A DNA stretch of 64,000 nt, taken from the NCBI GenBank assembly GCA_002480495.1, contig DLCG01000008.1:88036-152035 (forward strand), read 5' to 3'. Numbering within the stretch: position 1 is the first letter of the stretch; each line of letters opens with the position of its first letter. Below are positions 41,670 to 50,606 of the stretch, in pieces. The position numbers and the translations under genes are program-made. Source of the DNA: Rhodobiaceae bacterium UBA7804. Lineage in GTDB: Bacteria; Pseudomonadota; Alphaproteobacteria; Parvibaculales; Parvibaculaceae. The notes beneath the pieces are model-generated. The model was not told where the DNA came from, did not search any database, and saw only the letters and a program-made list of their open reading frames with translations.

Positions 41670-42449
41670 CTAGTCCCTCCAGACCTTCCAGGGCGCCTTG
41701 CCGGTGGCCCACAGCTCCTCAAGGTAGTTCTTTTCCCGCAGCGTATCCATCGGCTGCCAGAAGCCGCCATGCTTGAAGCTCATCAACTCTCCATCGGCGG
41801 CAAGTTGCATCAGGGGTTCGGCCTCGAAAGGCGTCTTGTCCCCCTCGATACGATCGAGAACATCCGGCTGAAGCGCAAAGAACCCGCCATTGATCCAGGC
41901 GTTGTCTCCCGGCGGCTTCTCGATGAAGCGGCGCACCTGATTACCTTCGAGTTCAAGCGCGCCGTAGCGCCCCGGCGGAATGACGCTTGTCAGCGTTGCC
42001 TGTTTGCCATGCTTCCGGTGGAAGTCCAGCAGCGCACCGATATCGACATTCGCAACACCATCACCATAGGTCATGAAGAAGGTTTCATCCGGCTCCAGAT
42101 AATCGCGAACACGTTTGATGCGTCCTCCGGTCATGGTTTCCTGTCCCGTATCGACCAGCGTGACGCGCCATGGCTCGCTCGCTTTCTGGTGATAGGTGAT
42201 CTCGTGGTTCGCCATGTCGACCGTCACATCCGACGAGTGCAGGACGTAATTGGCGAAGTATTCCTTGATCATGTAACCGCGATAACCGACGCAGATGACG
42301 AAGTCGTTGAACCCGAAATGAGTATAGATCTTCATGATGTGCCAAAGGATCGGCCGCCCGCCGATTTCGATCATCGGCTTCGGCCGAAGCTGGCTTTCCT
42401 CGGAGATGCGCGTACCAAGCCCCCCGGCCAGTATCACCACCTTGGTCAT
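41670..42449 (-). CDS. rfbF: Glucose-1-phosphate cytidylyltransferase
   Basis: MTKVVILAGGLGTRISEES...PKPMIEIGGRPILWHIMKIY, and the C-terminus FWQPMDTLREK. The size is 259 aa. Confidence 0.9.
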   Translation of the reverse strand: MTKVVILAGGLGTRISEESQLRPKPMIEIGGRPILWHIMKIYTHFGFNDFVICVGYRGYMIKEYFANYVLHSSDVTVDMANHEITYHQKASEPWRVTLVDTGQETMTGGRIKRVRDYLEPDETFFMTYGDGVANVDIGALLDFHRKHGKQATLTSVIPPGRYGALELEGNQVRRFIEKPPGDNAWINGGFFALQPDVLDRIEGDKTPFEAEPLMQLAADGELMSFKHGGFWQPMDTLREKNYLEELWATGKAPWKVWRD

Positions 42450-42462
42450 CTTGTCCCCCGGC

Positions 42463-43101
42463 CTAGCGCGCCTCGCGCAACTGTTTCACGAAGTTGGACA
42501 AGCCGATGAGCCGGCGGCGGCGCTGACGCTCGGCGACCAGGATCGCGCGCAGATCCTCGAAGGTCCTGTCCACATTCTCGTTGATGATGACGTAATCATA
42601 TTCCTGATAATGACTGATTTCGTCCAGCGCCTGCCCCATTCGGGATGCCACAACCTCCGCAGAGTCCTGCGCCCGGGTCATAAGGCGTTTTTCAAGCTCC
42701 TGAACCGAAGGCGGCAGGATGAAGACCTTCACAAGGTCTTCCGGAGCCGTCTCATCAAGCTGCTGCGTGCCTTGCCAGTCGATATCGAAAAGGACATCCC
42801 GCCCACGCGCCAGAGCCTCCTCGACCGGCTTTCGCGGGGTGCCATAGTAATTGCCGAACACCTTGGCATGCTCCAGGAACTCCCCCCGGTTACGCATGAT
42901 GCCGAAGTCTTCCGTACTCAGGAAAAAATAGTCCTTGCCGTCCTGCTCACCGGGACGCGGCCTGCGCGTCGTGGCGGAAACGGACATTTCGATCTCGGAA
43001 TCGCTTTCGAGCAGGCGGCGCGACAGCGTCGTCTTGCCCGCGCCGGAAGGCGAAGACAAAACGAGCATCAATCCGCGGCGGTGAATGGCGATCCCGGTCA
43101 T
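42463..43101 (-). CDS. gmk: Guanylate kinase
   Basis: P-loop LSSPSGAGKTTL is present, with YFFLSTEDF and VFDIDWQG. Confidence 0.9.
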   Translation of the reverse strand: MTGIAIHRRGLMLVLSSPSGAGKTTLSRRLLESDSEIEMSVSATTRRPRPGEQDGKDYFFLSTEDFGIMRNRGEFLEHAKVFGNYYGTPRKPVEEALARGRDVLFDIDWQGTQQLDETAPEDLVKVFILPPSVQELEKRLMTRAQDSAEVVASRMGQALDEISHYQEYDYVIINENVDRTFEDLRAILVAERQRRRRLIGLSNFVKQLREAR

Positions 43102-43110
43102 CTGTCGGCG

Positions 43111-44001
43111 TCACTCCACATTCTGAATCTGCTCGCGGAACTGATCGATCACGGCTTTCAGATCAAGTCCGATCCGCGTGAGGATGACATCTGCGGCCTT
43201 GGAGCAGAGTGTATTCGCCTCCCGATTGAATTCCTGTGTCAGAAAGTCCAGCCGCCTGCCCACCGCCTCTCCGCTTGAAAGCAGTTCGCGCGCCTGCTCG
43301 ACATGCGCCTTGAGTCTGTCGATCTCTTCCCGAATATCGGCACGTGTTGCCAGCAACGCCGCTTCCTGTGCGACACGGTCTTCGGCAATCGCTGCTCCGT
43401 CGCCCAGCATCTCCTGTAGCTGTTCCTTCAGGCGGGCTTGAAGCGCGGAAGGCGCCGCGGCCGGGCAGTCCTCCGCATTCCGCGTCAAACGCTCGATTTC
43501 GTTTACATGCCCGGTCAGAACGGTCTCGAGCTTCGCGCCTTCCTCGGCTCGCGCGGACGCCAACGCCTTCACGCCTTCGGTAAACGATGAAACCAGCGCC
43601 TCCTCCAGCGCCGTTCTGGCATCTTCGTCCTCGACGGCATCATCGGCATTTTCAAGAACGCCCTTGAGGGCGAGGATACCCTCCGGCCTGGGAGGCATCA
43701 CCTCCATGACTTTCTGAATGTCGCCGATTGCCTCCATGACCACGGCAAGCGCTGCGCGATTGACCCTCAGCGGCGCGGCCATCTCCGACCGGTCTAGCAC
43801 AAGGTTGATCTGGCAGTTGCCGCGCTTGAGATGGCGAGCGAGTTCGGTGCGGAGGCGCTGCTCGATCCCGTCCATGCCGGGAGGAAGACGCAGCCTCGCA
43901 TCCAGCCCCTTGCCGTTCACGCTTCGCAGTTCCCAATGCCAGCGCACGGCACCGTGGATGCCCTCGACGCGGGCAAATCCTGTCATGCTGTTGAGCGGCA
44001 T
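43111..44001 (-). CDS. YicC family stress-induced protein
   Basis: N-terminus MPLNSMTGFAR and C-terminus EFNREANTLCSKA...REQIQNVE. The gene is adjacent to gmk, as is typical. Confidence 0.85.
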   Translation of the reverse strand: MPLNSMTGFARVEGIHGAVRWHWELRSVNGKGLDARLRLPPGMDGIEQRLRTELARHLKRGNCQINLVLDRSEMAAPLRVNRAALAVVMEAIGDIQKVMEVMPPRPEGILALKGVLENADDAVEDEDARTALEEALVSSFTEGVKALASARAEEGAKLETVLTGHVNEIERLTRNAEDCPAAAPSALQARLKEQLQEMLGDGAAIAEDRVAQEAALLATRADIREEIDRLKAHVEQARELLSSGEAVGRRLDFLTQEFNREANTLCSKAADVILTRIGLDLKAVIDQFREQIQNVE

Positions 44002-44078
44002 TGCGTTTTCCCGGAATCACTTTCGAACTTGAATGAACTATATCAGCCGCAAACGAGCTTTCGCTTGCCTATCTGATC

Positions 44079-45167
44079 CTATTGCCCCTGCCGGCGTTCA
44101 ATCTGACGCCACTCGCGAACCCGCTGCTGGTGCTCCCTGAGGGTCTTCGAGAAGGCGTGACCGCCCGTCCCGTCGGCCACAAAGTAGAGCTCATCCGTTT
44201 CGGGCGGGTTCAACACCGCCTCGATGGAGGCCCGGCCGGGGTTGCAGATGGGCGTCGGCGGCAAACCATCGATGAGATAGGTATTGTAAGGCGTATGCCG
44301 GTCCAATTCACTCCGGCGGATCGGGCGGCCAAGAGCCCCCTTTCCTCCCACAAGGCCATAGATGATCGTGGGATCGGACTGGAGCCTCATCGGTTTGCTG
44401 AGCCGGTTGACGAAGACTGCAGCAACGCGGGGCCGCTCCGACGCGACGCCTGTTTCCTTCTCCACAATGGATGCCAGGGTGATGGCCTCCTCCCTTGTAT
44501 CGAAGGGCAGGTCCTCGGCTCTCTTGTCCCAGAGCTCATCCATCAGCGCTTTGGCGGCGGCTTTCATCTGGGAAACGATTTCCTTGCGCGTGGCGCCGCG
44601 GGTGAAGCTGTAGGTCTCGGGCAGGAGCGATCCTTCGGGAGGTGTCGGCGGCATATCCCCGACGAGGACGGGATTTGCCTCAACCAGAAGCATGATCTGC
44701 TCGCTGGTCAGCCCTTCGGGGATGGTGATGCGGTGAAGAATCGATCGGCCTTCCCGAAGGATGCGCAAAATCGACGACATGCTTGCATGGGCGGGGATTT
44801 CATATTCCCCGGCCTTGAGATCACCCTCCGCCCGGTTGAGGCGGACACCAGCAAGAAAGACAAATTCTCCGGAAATAACGCCGGCCTTTGCGAGGCGGCT
44901 TGCGATTGCCCTGACGCCGAGCCCCTGCTCGAGCATGACAATCCTTGCCTGATCGTGAGGCCCATCCGCTTCGAAGAGGTATTTGCCATAGAGGAAAGTG
45001 GCACCAGCGGCGAGAGCACCGAGCAAGGGCAGGCAAATTGCCGCGATCAAGGCGATGCGAATAAAACCGCGACGAGGCTGCGTGTCGGTTGCCACGCTGC
45101 TGTCTTCTGCCGGAGGCGCCTTATCCTCATCTTCAGGCGCGGCGGTGGTATCGCCGTTGCCTGTCAA
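44079..45167 (-). CDS. mltG: Endolytic murein transglycosylase MltG (YceG family)
   Basis: N-terminal TM anchor. ASIVEKET, NRL and YNTYLIDGLPPTPICNPG motifs are present. Confidence 0.85.
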   Translation of the reverse strand: MTGNGDTTAAPEDEDKAPPAEDSSVATDTQPRRGFIRIALIAAICLPLLGALAAGATFLYGKYLFEADGPHDQARIVMLEQGLGVRAIASRLAKAGVISGEFVFLAGVRLNRAEGDLKAGEYEIPAHASMSSILRILREGRSILHRITIPEGLTSEQIMLLVEANPVLVGDMPPTPPEGSLLPETYSFTRGATRKEIVSQMKAAAKALMDELWDKRAEDLPFDTREEAITLASIVEKETGVASERPRVAAVFVNRLSKPMRLQSDPTIIYGLVGGKGALGRPIRRSELDRHTPYNTYLIDGLPPTPICNPGRASIEAVLNPPETDELYFVADGTGGHAFSKTLREHQQRVREWRQIERRQGQ

Positions 45168-46420
45168 CCATCGACCTTTTTCATGACCAGCGACGCATTT
45201 GTGCCGCCGAAGCCGAAGGAATTGCTGAGCGCGTAATTCACTTCCTTCTGGCGTGCCTTGTTCGGCACCAGATCGATCATCGTATCGACCGCAGGATTGT
45301 CGAGATTGATCGTGGGCGGCAGGATGCTGTCGCGCATGGCGAGGAGACAGAAGATCGCTTCCACCGCGCCGGCGGCACCAAGCAGGTGACCGATGGATGA
45401 CTTGGTGGAGGACATAGACACTTTCTCGACCGCATTGCCGAGAAGGCGCGTTACGGCGCCGAGTTCGATCGTGTCCGCCATGGTGGATGTGCCGTGGGCG
45501 TTCACGTAATCGAGGTCGGAAGGCGAAATACCCGCGCGCTTGAGAGCAGCCTGCATGGAACGGAAGCCGCCCTCGCCGTCTTCCGGTGGTGCCGTCACGT
45601 GATAGGCGTCGCCCGAAAGGCCATAACCGACGACCTCGCCGTAGATCTTCGCGCCGCGCGCCTTTGCGTGTTCATATTCTTCGAGAACGACGATGCCTGC
45701 GCCCTCACCCATGACGAAGCCGTCGCGATCCTTGTCATAAGGACGGGAGGCCTTTTCCGGCGTGTCGTTGTAGCCGGTCGAAAGGGCACGGCAGGCCGCA
45801 AAGCCGGCAATGCCGATGCGGCAGATAGCGGATTCGGCGCCGCCGGCCACCATTACGTCGGCGTCGTCGAGCGCGATGAGCCGGGCAGCATCGCCGATGG
45901 CATGAGCACCGGTCGAGCAGGCCGTGACAACCGAATGATTGGGACCTTTCAGGCCATGCTCGATGGAAACATAGCCGGAGGTGAGATTGATGAGGCGGCC
46001 CGTGATGAAGAAGGGGCTGACGCGGCGCGGGCCCTTTTCCTGAAGCGTGAGTGCCGTCTCGGCAATGCCTTCAAGGCCGCCGATACCCGACCCGATCATG
46101 GTGCCGGTGCGGCACCTTTCTTCTTCGGTGGAGGGCTTCCAGCCTGCGTCGTTGAGGGCCTGGGTCGCGGCCGACATGGCATAGACGATGAAGTCGTCGA
46201 CGCGCTTCGATTCTTTGGGATCCATCCAGTCGTCCGGATTGAACGCCCCTTCGCCTTCACGGGGAACCGGCATGGCAATCTTGCAGGGAAGATCGGAGAC
46301 GTCGAACTTCTCGATCTTCCGGGCGCCCGATTCACCGTTCAGAATACGCTTCCAGGTCGTCTCGACCCCACAGCCGAGCGGAGAAACCATCCCCAGACCC
46401 GTAACGACTACACGCCTCAT
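45164..46420 (-). CDS. fabF: 3-oxoacyl-ACP synthase II
   Basis: MRRVVVTGLGMVSPLG, the active-site region ACSTGAHAIG, then HGTST and NSFGFGGTN. The start was set at the internal ATG. Confidence 0.95.
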   Translation of the reverse strand: MRRVVVTGLGMVSPLGCGVETTWKRILNGESGARKIEKFDVSDLPCKIAMPVPREGEGAFNPDDWMDPKESKRVDDFIVYAMSAATQALNDAGWKPSTEEERCRTGTMIGSGIGGLEGIAETALTLQEKGPRRVSPFFITGRLINLTSGYVSIEHGLKGPNHSVVTACSTGAHAIGDAARLIALDDADVMVAGGAESAICRIGIAGFAACRALSTGYNDTPEKASRPYDKDRDGFVMGEGAGIVVLEEYEHAKARGAKIYGEVVGYGLSGDAYHVTAPPEDGEGGFRSMQAALKRAGISPSDLDYVNAHGTSTMADTIELGAVTRLLGNAVEKVSMSSTKSSIGHLLGAAGAVEAIFCLLAMRDSILPPTINLDNPAVDTMIDLVPNKARQKEVNYALSNSFGFGGTNASLVMKKVDG

Positions 46421-46523
46421 GCCGATGATAACTCCCACCTCGGTCCGATGGCCGGAAACAGATCGCAAAGATGCCGGAGGGCCGGGTGCTCGCGCGCGCC
46501 CGACCCTGCCGATCAAACCGGAA

Positions 46524-46763
46524 TCAGGACTTGGCGTTCGCCTTGACGAACTCGATCGCGTCCTTGACGGTCAGGATCTTCTCGGCGGCATCGTCCGGAA
46601 TTTCCACCCCGAACTCTTCTTCGAACGCCATCACCAGCTCGACGTTGTCGAGACTGTCAGCGCCCAGGTCGTCGATGAAGCTCGCATTCTCGGTGACCTT
46701 GTCCGCGTCGACGCCCAGGTGCTCGACCACGATCTTCTTCAAGCGTTCAGCGATATCACTCAT
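46524..46763 (-). CDS. acpP: Acyl carrier protein
   Basis: 79 aa with the phosphopantetheine site LGADSLD. Confidence 0.95.
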   Translation of the reverse strand: MSDIAERLKKIVVEHLGVDADKVTENASFIDDLGADSLDNVELVMAFEEEFGVEIPDDAAEKILTVKDAIEFVKANAKS

Positions 46764-47021
46764 TTCAAGTCCTCAGATCTTTTGGTTTTAACCGGCCTCG
46801 CACATCCCGCTGCTCGCTGTAAGGCATCGAGGACTGGATGTGATCGAATTCGGTGGAAAGGATGCCCCTCTTCTGGCCCATTTCAAGGCAGAACCGCAAG
46901 CCAAATCGAGGGCTTAGGTAACACACTTTTTCGCCCTGTACCAGCAAACGCGCGCGGGCAACGCGACTCTCTACACACCTGAATTCGCTAATGTTTTCAG
47001 GTCCTTACAAGCACTTATGCG

Positions 47022-47759
47022 TCAGATCATCGCCATGCCGCCATTGACGTGCAAGGTCTGCCCTGTGACATAGGCCGCTTCCTCGCTCGCGAGATAGACC
47101 GCGGCGGCGGCAATCTCCTTCGCCTCGCCCAGCCGTCCTGCCGGAATCGTGGACATGATCCGGCCTTGCTGCTCCTCGTTCAACGCGTCCGTCATGGCGC
47201 TGCGAATGAAGCCGGGCGCAATGCAGTTCGCGGTGATGTTGCGGCTGGCGACCTCCTGGGCGAGCGACTTCGTCATGCCGATCATGCCGGCCTTGGAAGC
47301 GGCATAGTTGCCTTGTCCAGGGTTGCCCATGACGCCCACGACGGAAGTTATTCCGATGATGCGGCCCCAACGGCGCTTCATCATGCCGCGCAAGACGCCG
47401 CGAGAGAGACGAAAGGCGGCGGTGAGGTTCACACGGATCACCTCCTCCCACTCCTCGTCCTTCATGCGCATGAAGAGATTGTCGCGCGTGAGGCCCGCAT
47501 TGTTCACGAGAATGTCGAGATTGCCGAGCGCCTCTTCCGCCTGCTTCGGCAGCGCATCGACGGCAGCCGCGTCCGAGAGATTGCAGGGCAGGACATGCGT
47601 GCGTTCACCCAGTTCTGATGCAAGCGCATCAAGGGCTTCCTTGCGGGTACCGGAGAGCACGACCGTTGCACCCTGACCATGCAGCGCGCGCGCGATATCG
47701 GAACCGATGCCGCCAGATGCGCCTGTTACCAGCGCGCCCTTGCCTGTGAGATCGAACAT
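47022..47759 (-). CDS. fabG: 3-oxoacyl-ACP reductase
   Basis: ALVTGASGGIG, NNAG and YAASKAG are present. The gene is in fabD-fabG-acpP-fabF order. Confidence 0.9.
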   Translation of the reverse strand: MFDLTGKGALVTGASGGIGSDIARALHGQGATVVLSGTRKEALDALASELGERTHVLPCNLSDAAAVDALPKQAEEALGNLDILVNNAGLTRDNLFMRMKDEEWEEVIRVNLTAAFRLSRGVLRGMMKRRWGRIIGITSVVGVMGNPGQGNYAASKAGMIGMTKSLAQEVASRNITANCIAPGFIRSAMTDALNEEQQGRIMSTIPAGRLGEAKEIAAAAVYLASEEAAYVTGQTLHVNGGMAMI

Positions 47760-47774
47760 GCCGGCTCCTATGGT

Positions 47775-48728
47775 TCAGACAGATTTCAGAAAGGCTTCAA
47801 CATCGGCGGGAGTGCCGACGGCCGTTATCTCGGGTTCCTTGGCGATGCGCTTCACCATGCCGGAAAGCGCCTTGCCTGCGCCTACCTCAACATAGGAGGT
47901 CACGCCTTGCTCTTCCATGTAGAGGACGCTTTCGCGCCAGCGCACCATCCCTGTCACCTGCTTGACTAGAATGTCGCGGATCGTTGCCGGATCGGCAACT
48001 TTAGACGCCGTGACATTCGCGACAAGCGGCACGGAAGGCGCCTTGAGCTCGACCGCGCCGAGGGCTTCGGCCATTTCATCGGCGGCGGGCTGCATGAGCG
48101 GACAATGGAACGGTGCGCTTACGGGAAGCAGCATGCTGCGCTTCGCGCCCTTGGTCTTCGCGATCTCAATGGCGCGTTCCACGGCGGCCTTGGTGCCGGA
48201 TACGACAACCTGCCCGCCACCATTGTCGTTCGCGGCGGTGCAGACTTCTTTTCCATTTGGGCCCTGAGCGGCTTCTGCGGCCACTTCCGCCGCCTGATCG
48301 AAATCGAGGCCCAGAAGCGCTGCCATGGCGCCCTCGCCCACGGGCACGGCGCGCTGCATCGCCTGGCCGCGACGCTTCAGAAGGCGCGCCGTATCGGCAA
48401 TGCTGAAGGTGCCTGCGGCAGCAAGCGCCGAATATTCGCCAAGCGAGTGACCGGCGACGAAGGCTGCCTTGTCCGCAAGTCTGAAGCCCCCTTCCCTTTC
48501 AAGCGTCCTCGTGACCGCGAGGCTAACCGCCATGATGGCGGGCTGAGCGTTCTCAGTCAGCGTCAGATCGTCCTGGGGGCCTTCCCACATGAGCTTCGAC
48601 AGGTTCTGGCCGAGCGCGTCATTCACCTCGTCGAAGACTTCCCGGGCGGCGCCGAAGGCCTCCGCGAGTTCCCGGCCCATACCGACCGATTGCGACCCCT
48701 GGCCGGGGAAGATCAAGGCCCTCGTCAT
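47775..48728 (-). CDS. fabD: Malonyl CoA-ACP transacylase
   Basis: FPGQGSQSVGMG and GHSLGEYSAL are present. The start was set at MTRALIFPGQ; the 111-codon upstream extension in the track is spurious. Confidence 0.9.
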   Translation of the reverse strand: MTRALIFPGQGSQSVGMGRELAEAFGAAREVFDEVNDALGQNLSKLMWEGPQDDLTLTENAQPAIMAVSLAVTRTLEREGGFRLADKAAFVAGHSLGEYSALAAAGTFSIADTARLLKRRGQAMQRAVPVGEGAMAALLGLDFDQAAEVAAEAAQGPNGKEVCTAANDNGGGQVVVSGTKAAVERAIEIAKTKGAKRSMLLPVSAPFHCPLMQPAADEMAEALGAVELKAPSVPLVANVTASKVADPATIRDILVKQVTGMVRWRESVLYMEEQGVTSYVEVGAGKALSGMVKRIAKEPEITAVGTPADVEAFLKSV

Positions 48729-49074
48729 CGTCACTCCCTTTGTCCCGCCTGAGCCCCTAAAGAAGGGCCGATTTCCGGGCTTTTTCACCGCCGGGAGACT
48801 CGCCTCCCCGGAGGCGCCAAGTGATACCCTGTGCGGACCCCGAGTCAAGCCGCCCGAAAGACCAGATACCCCTTGCTTCGCCTCGGCTTTTCCGTATATT
48901 CCGGCGCTTCTGAAGGCCTTGGTTGGAGGCTGAACGGAACGCCGCTCCCGCTTCGGGGACGGCAGGATGAAAGTCCGGGTTCCGGTGTCTCCGCTTCTTT
49001 GGTGGTCCTTTCGAGCCTTTACGGGGCTCAAAGGGGGCTTTGCGCCAGGGCCGGTTAACAAAGGGAAAGGCTCG

Positions 49075-49524
49075 ATGGCTCTTTACGAGCATGTATTCAT
49101 TGCGCGACAGGACGTGTCGCAGCAGCAGGTCGAGGCGCTCACCGAGCAGTACTCGACCGTGATCAAGGAAAATGGCGGCAGCGTCGGCAAGACCGAATAT
49201 TGGGGTCTTCGCAACCTTGCGTTCAAGGTGAAGAAGAACCGCAAGGGTCACTACACGCTCATGAACATCGATGCGCCGCATGCCGCGGTTGCCGAGATGG
49301 AACGCCAGATGGGCATCAGCGACGACGTCATCCGCTTCCTCACGATCCGTGTGGAAGAACACGAGACCGACCCGTCGGCCATGATGCAGAACCGCGGCGA
49401 CCGTGGCGAACGCCGCGGCGGAGACCGCTTCGGCGATCGCGGGGATCGCGGCAGCCGCTTCGGCGACCGTGACCGTGGCCCGCGCCGCGACCGCGACGAC
49501 AATTCGGAAGGAGGCGACGAATAA
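49075..49524 (+). CDS. rpsF: 30S ribosomal protein S6 (with Arg/Gly/Asp-rich C-terminal tail)
   Basis: [13 protein letters not shown]...[19 protein letters not shown]. The start was set at the internal ATG. Confidence 0.9.
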   Translation: MALYEHVFIARQDVSQQQVEALTEQYSTVIKENGGSVGKTEYWGLRNLAFKVKKNRKGHYTLMNIDAPHAAVAEMERQMGISDDVIRFLTIRVEEHETDPSAMMQNRGDRGERRGGDRFGDRGDRGSRFGDRDRGPRRDRDDNSEGGDE

Positions 49525-49769
49525 TGAGCACCGCACCGCAGCCCGCGCGCCGGCCCTTCTTCCGCCGCCGCAAGACCTGCCCGTTCTCCGGCGCCAACGC
49601 CCCGAAGATCGACTACAAGGATGTGAAGCTTCTGCAGCGCTATATTTCCGAGCGCGGCAAGATCGTTCCTTCGCGCATCACGGCCGTTTCGGCCAAGAAG
49701 CAGCGTGAGCTCGCCCGCGCCATCAAGCGCGCGCGCTTCCTCTCGCTCCTTCCCTACGTGATCAGCTAA
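49524..49769 (+). CDS. rpsR: 30S ribosomal protein S18
   Basis: [12 protein letters not shown]...[25 protein letters not shown]. Confidence 0.95.
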   Translation: MSTAPQPARRPFFRRRKTCPFSGANAPKIDYKDVKLLQRYISERGKIVPSRITAVSAKKQRELARAIKRARFLSLLPYVIS

Positions 49770-49790
49770 GGCCCGAAAGGAGAGACAACG

Positions 49791-50393
49791 ATGCAAGTCG
49801 TACTTCTGGAACGGGTCGAAAAGCTCGGCCAAATGGGCGATGTCGTCAAAGTGAAGGACGGTTTCGCGCGGAATTTCCTGCTGCCCCGCAAAAAGGCGCT
49901 TCGCGCCACGAAAGCCAATCTTGAGCAATTCGAGAAGCAGCGCGCGCAGCTTGAAGCCCGCAACCTCGAACTCAAGAAGGAAGCCGAACAGGTTCACGCC
50001 AAGGTGAACGGTCAGGCTTTCATCGTGCTGCGCCAGGCAGGCGAGACCGGTATTCTCTACGGTTCGGTCAGCACACGCGACATCGCGGACGCCATGACGA
50101 ATGGCGGCTTCTCGACCGCCCGCAACCAGGTCGTTCTCGACAAGCCGATCAAGACGATCGGCCTGCACGAGATACGCATCGTGCTGCATCCCGAGGTTTC
50201 CGCCACGATCTCGATCAACGTGGCGCGCACCGAGGAAGAGGCACAGCGCCAGGCGGCAGGCGAAGACCTGACGCAGACGCGCGAGGAGCGCGAGGACGAG
50301 GAACAAGAGGCCGCCGAGTTCTTTGAGAACGAAGAACTGGCGCCGCAGGACGGGGAAGAGTCTTCGGAAGACGAAGGCGAGACTCAGGCCTAA
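49791..50393 (+). CDS. rplI: 50S ribosomal protein L9 (with long acidic C-terminal extension)
   Basis: [32 protein letters not shown]. The gene follows rpsF-rpsR. Confidence 0.95.
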   Translation: MQVVLLERVEKLGQMGDVVKVKDGFARNFLLPRKKALRATKANLEQFEKQRAQLEARNLELKKEAEQVHAKVNGQAFIVLRQAGETGILYGSVSTRDIADAMTNGGFSTARNQVVLDKPIKTIGLHEIRIVLHPEVSATISINVARTEEEAQRQAAGEDLTQTREEREDEEQEAAEFFENEELAPQDGEESSEDEGETQA

Positions 50394-50419
50394 GTTCTTT
50401 TCCTGGAAGGGAAATTCAG

Positions 50420-50453
50420 AGGGGCGCTCCGACGGGGCGCCCCTTTTTTGTTT
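50420..50453 (+). terminator. Rho-independent terminator of the rpsF-rpsR-rplI operon
   Basis: GC stem aggggcgc/gcgcccct is followed by TTTTTTGTTT, about 27 nt after the rplI stop. Confidence 0.75.
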
Positions 50454-50606
50454 CGGAACCGGCACCGCATCCCGGCGTTCCTCTTGCAACGGCTTGAGGA
50501 TTAACTTTAGATACATTCCAGAAAGCTTGTCCGCGCCGCATCCCCCCAAAGGCGACGGGACCGGATGGGGCACCTGAAATTTCAATCCTCGGTACGGGAG
50601 GGTTCG

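Noticed and set aside
32561-42449. Considered the sugar cluster as a classical O-antigen (rfb) locus or as a secondary-metabolite deoxysugar cassette.
   Set aside because: No Wzx/Wzy/Wzz, ABC exporter or initiating transferase is present, which argues against an autonomous O-antigen locus. No PKS, NRPS or aglycone genes are present, which argues against a natural-product cluster. It is reported instead as a glycan-tailoring cluster with an unknown acceptor.
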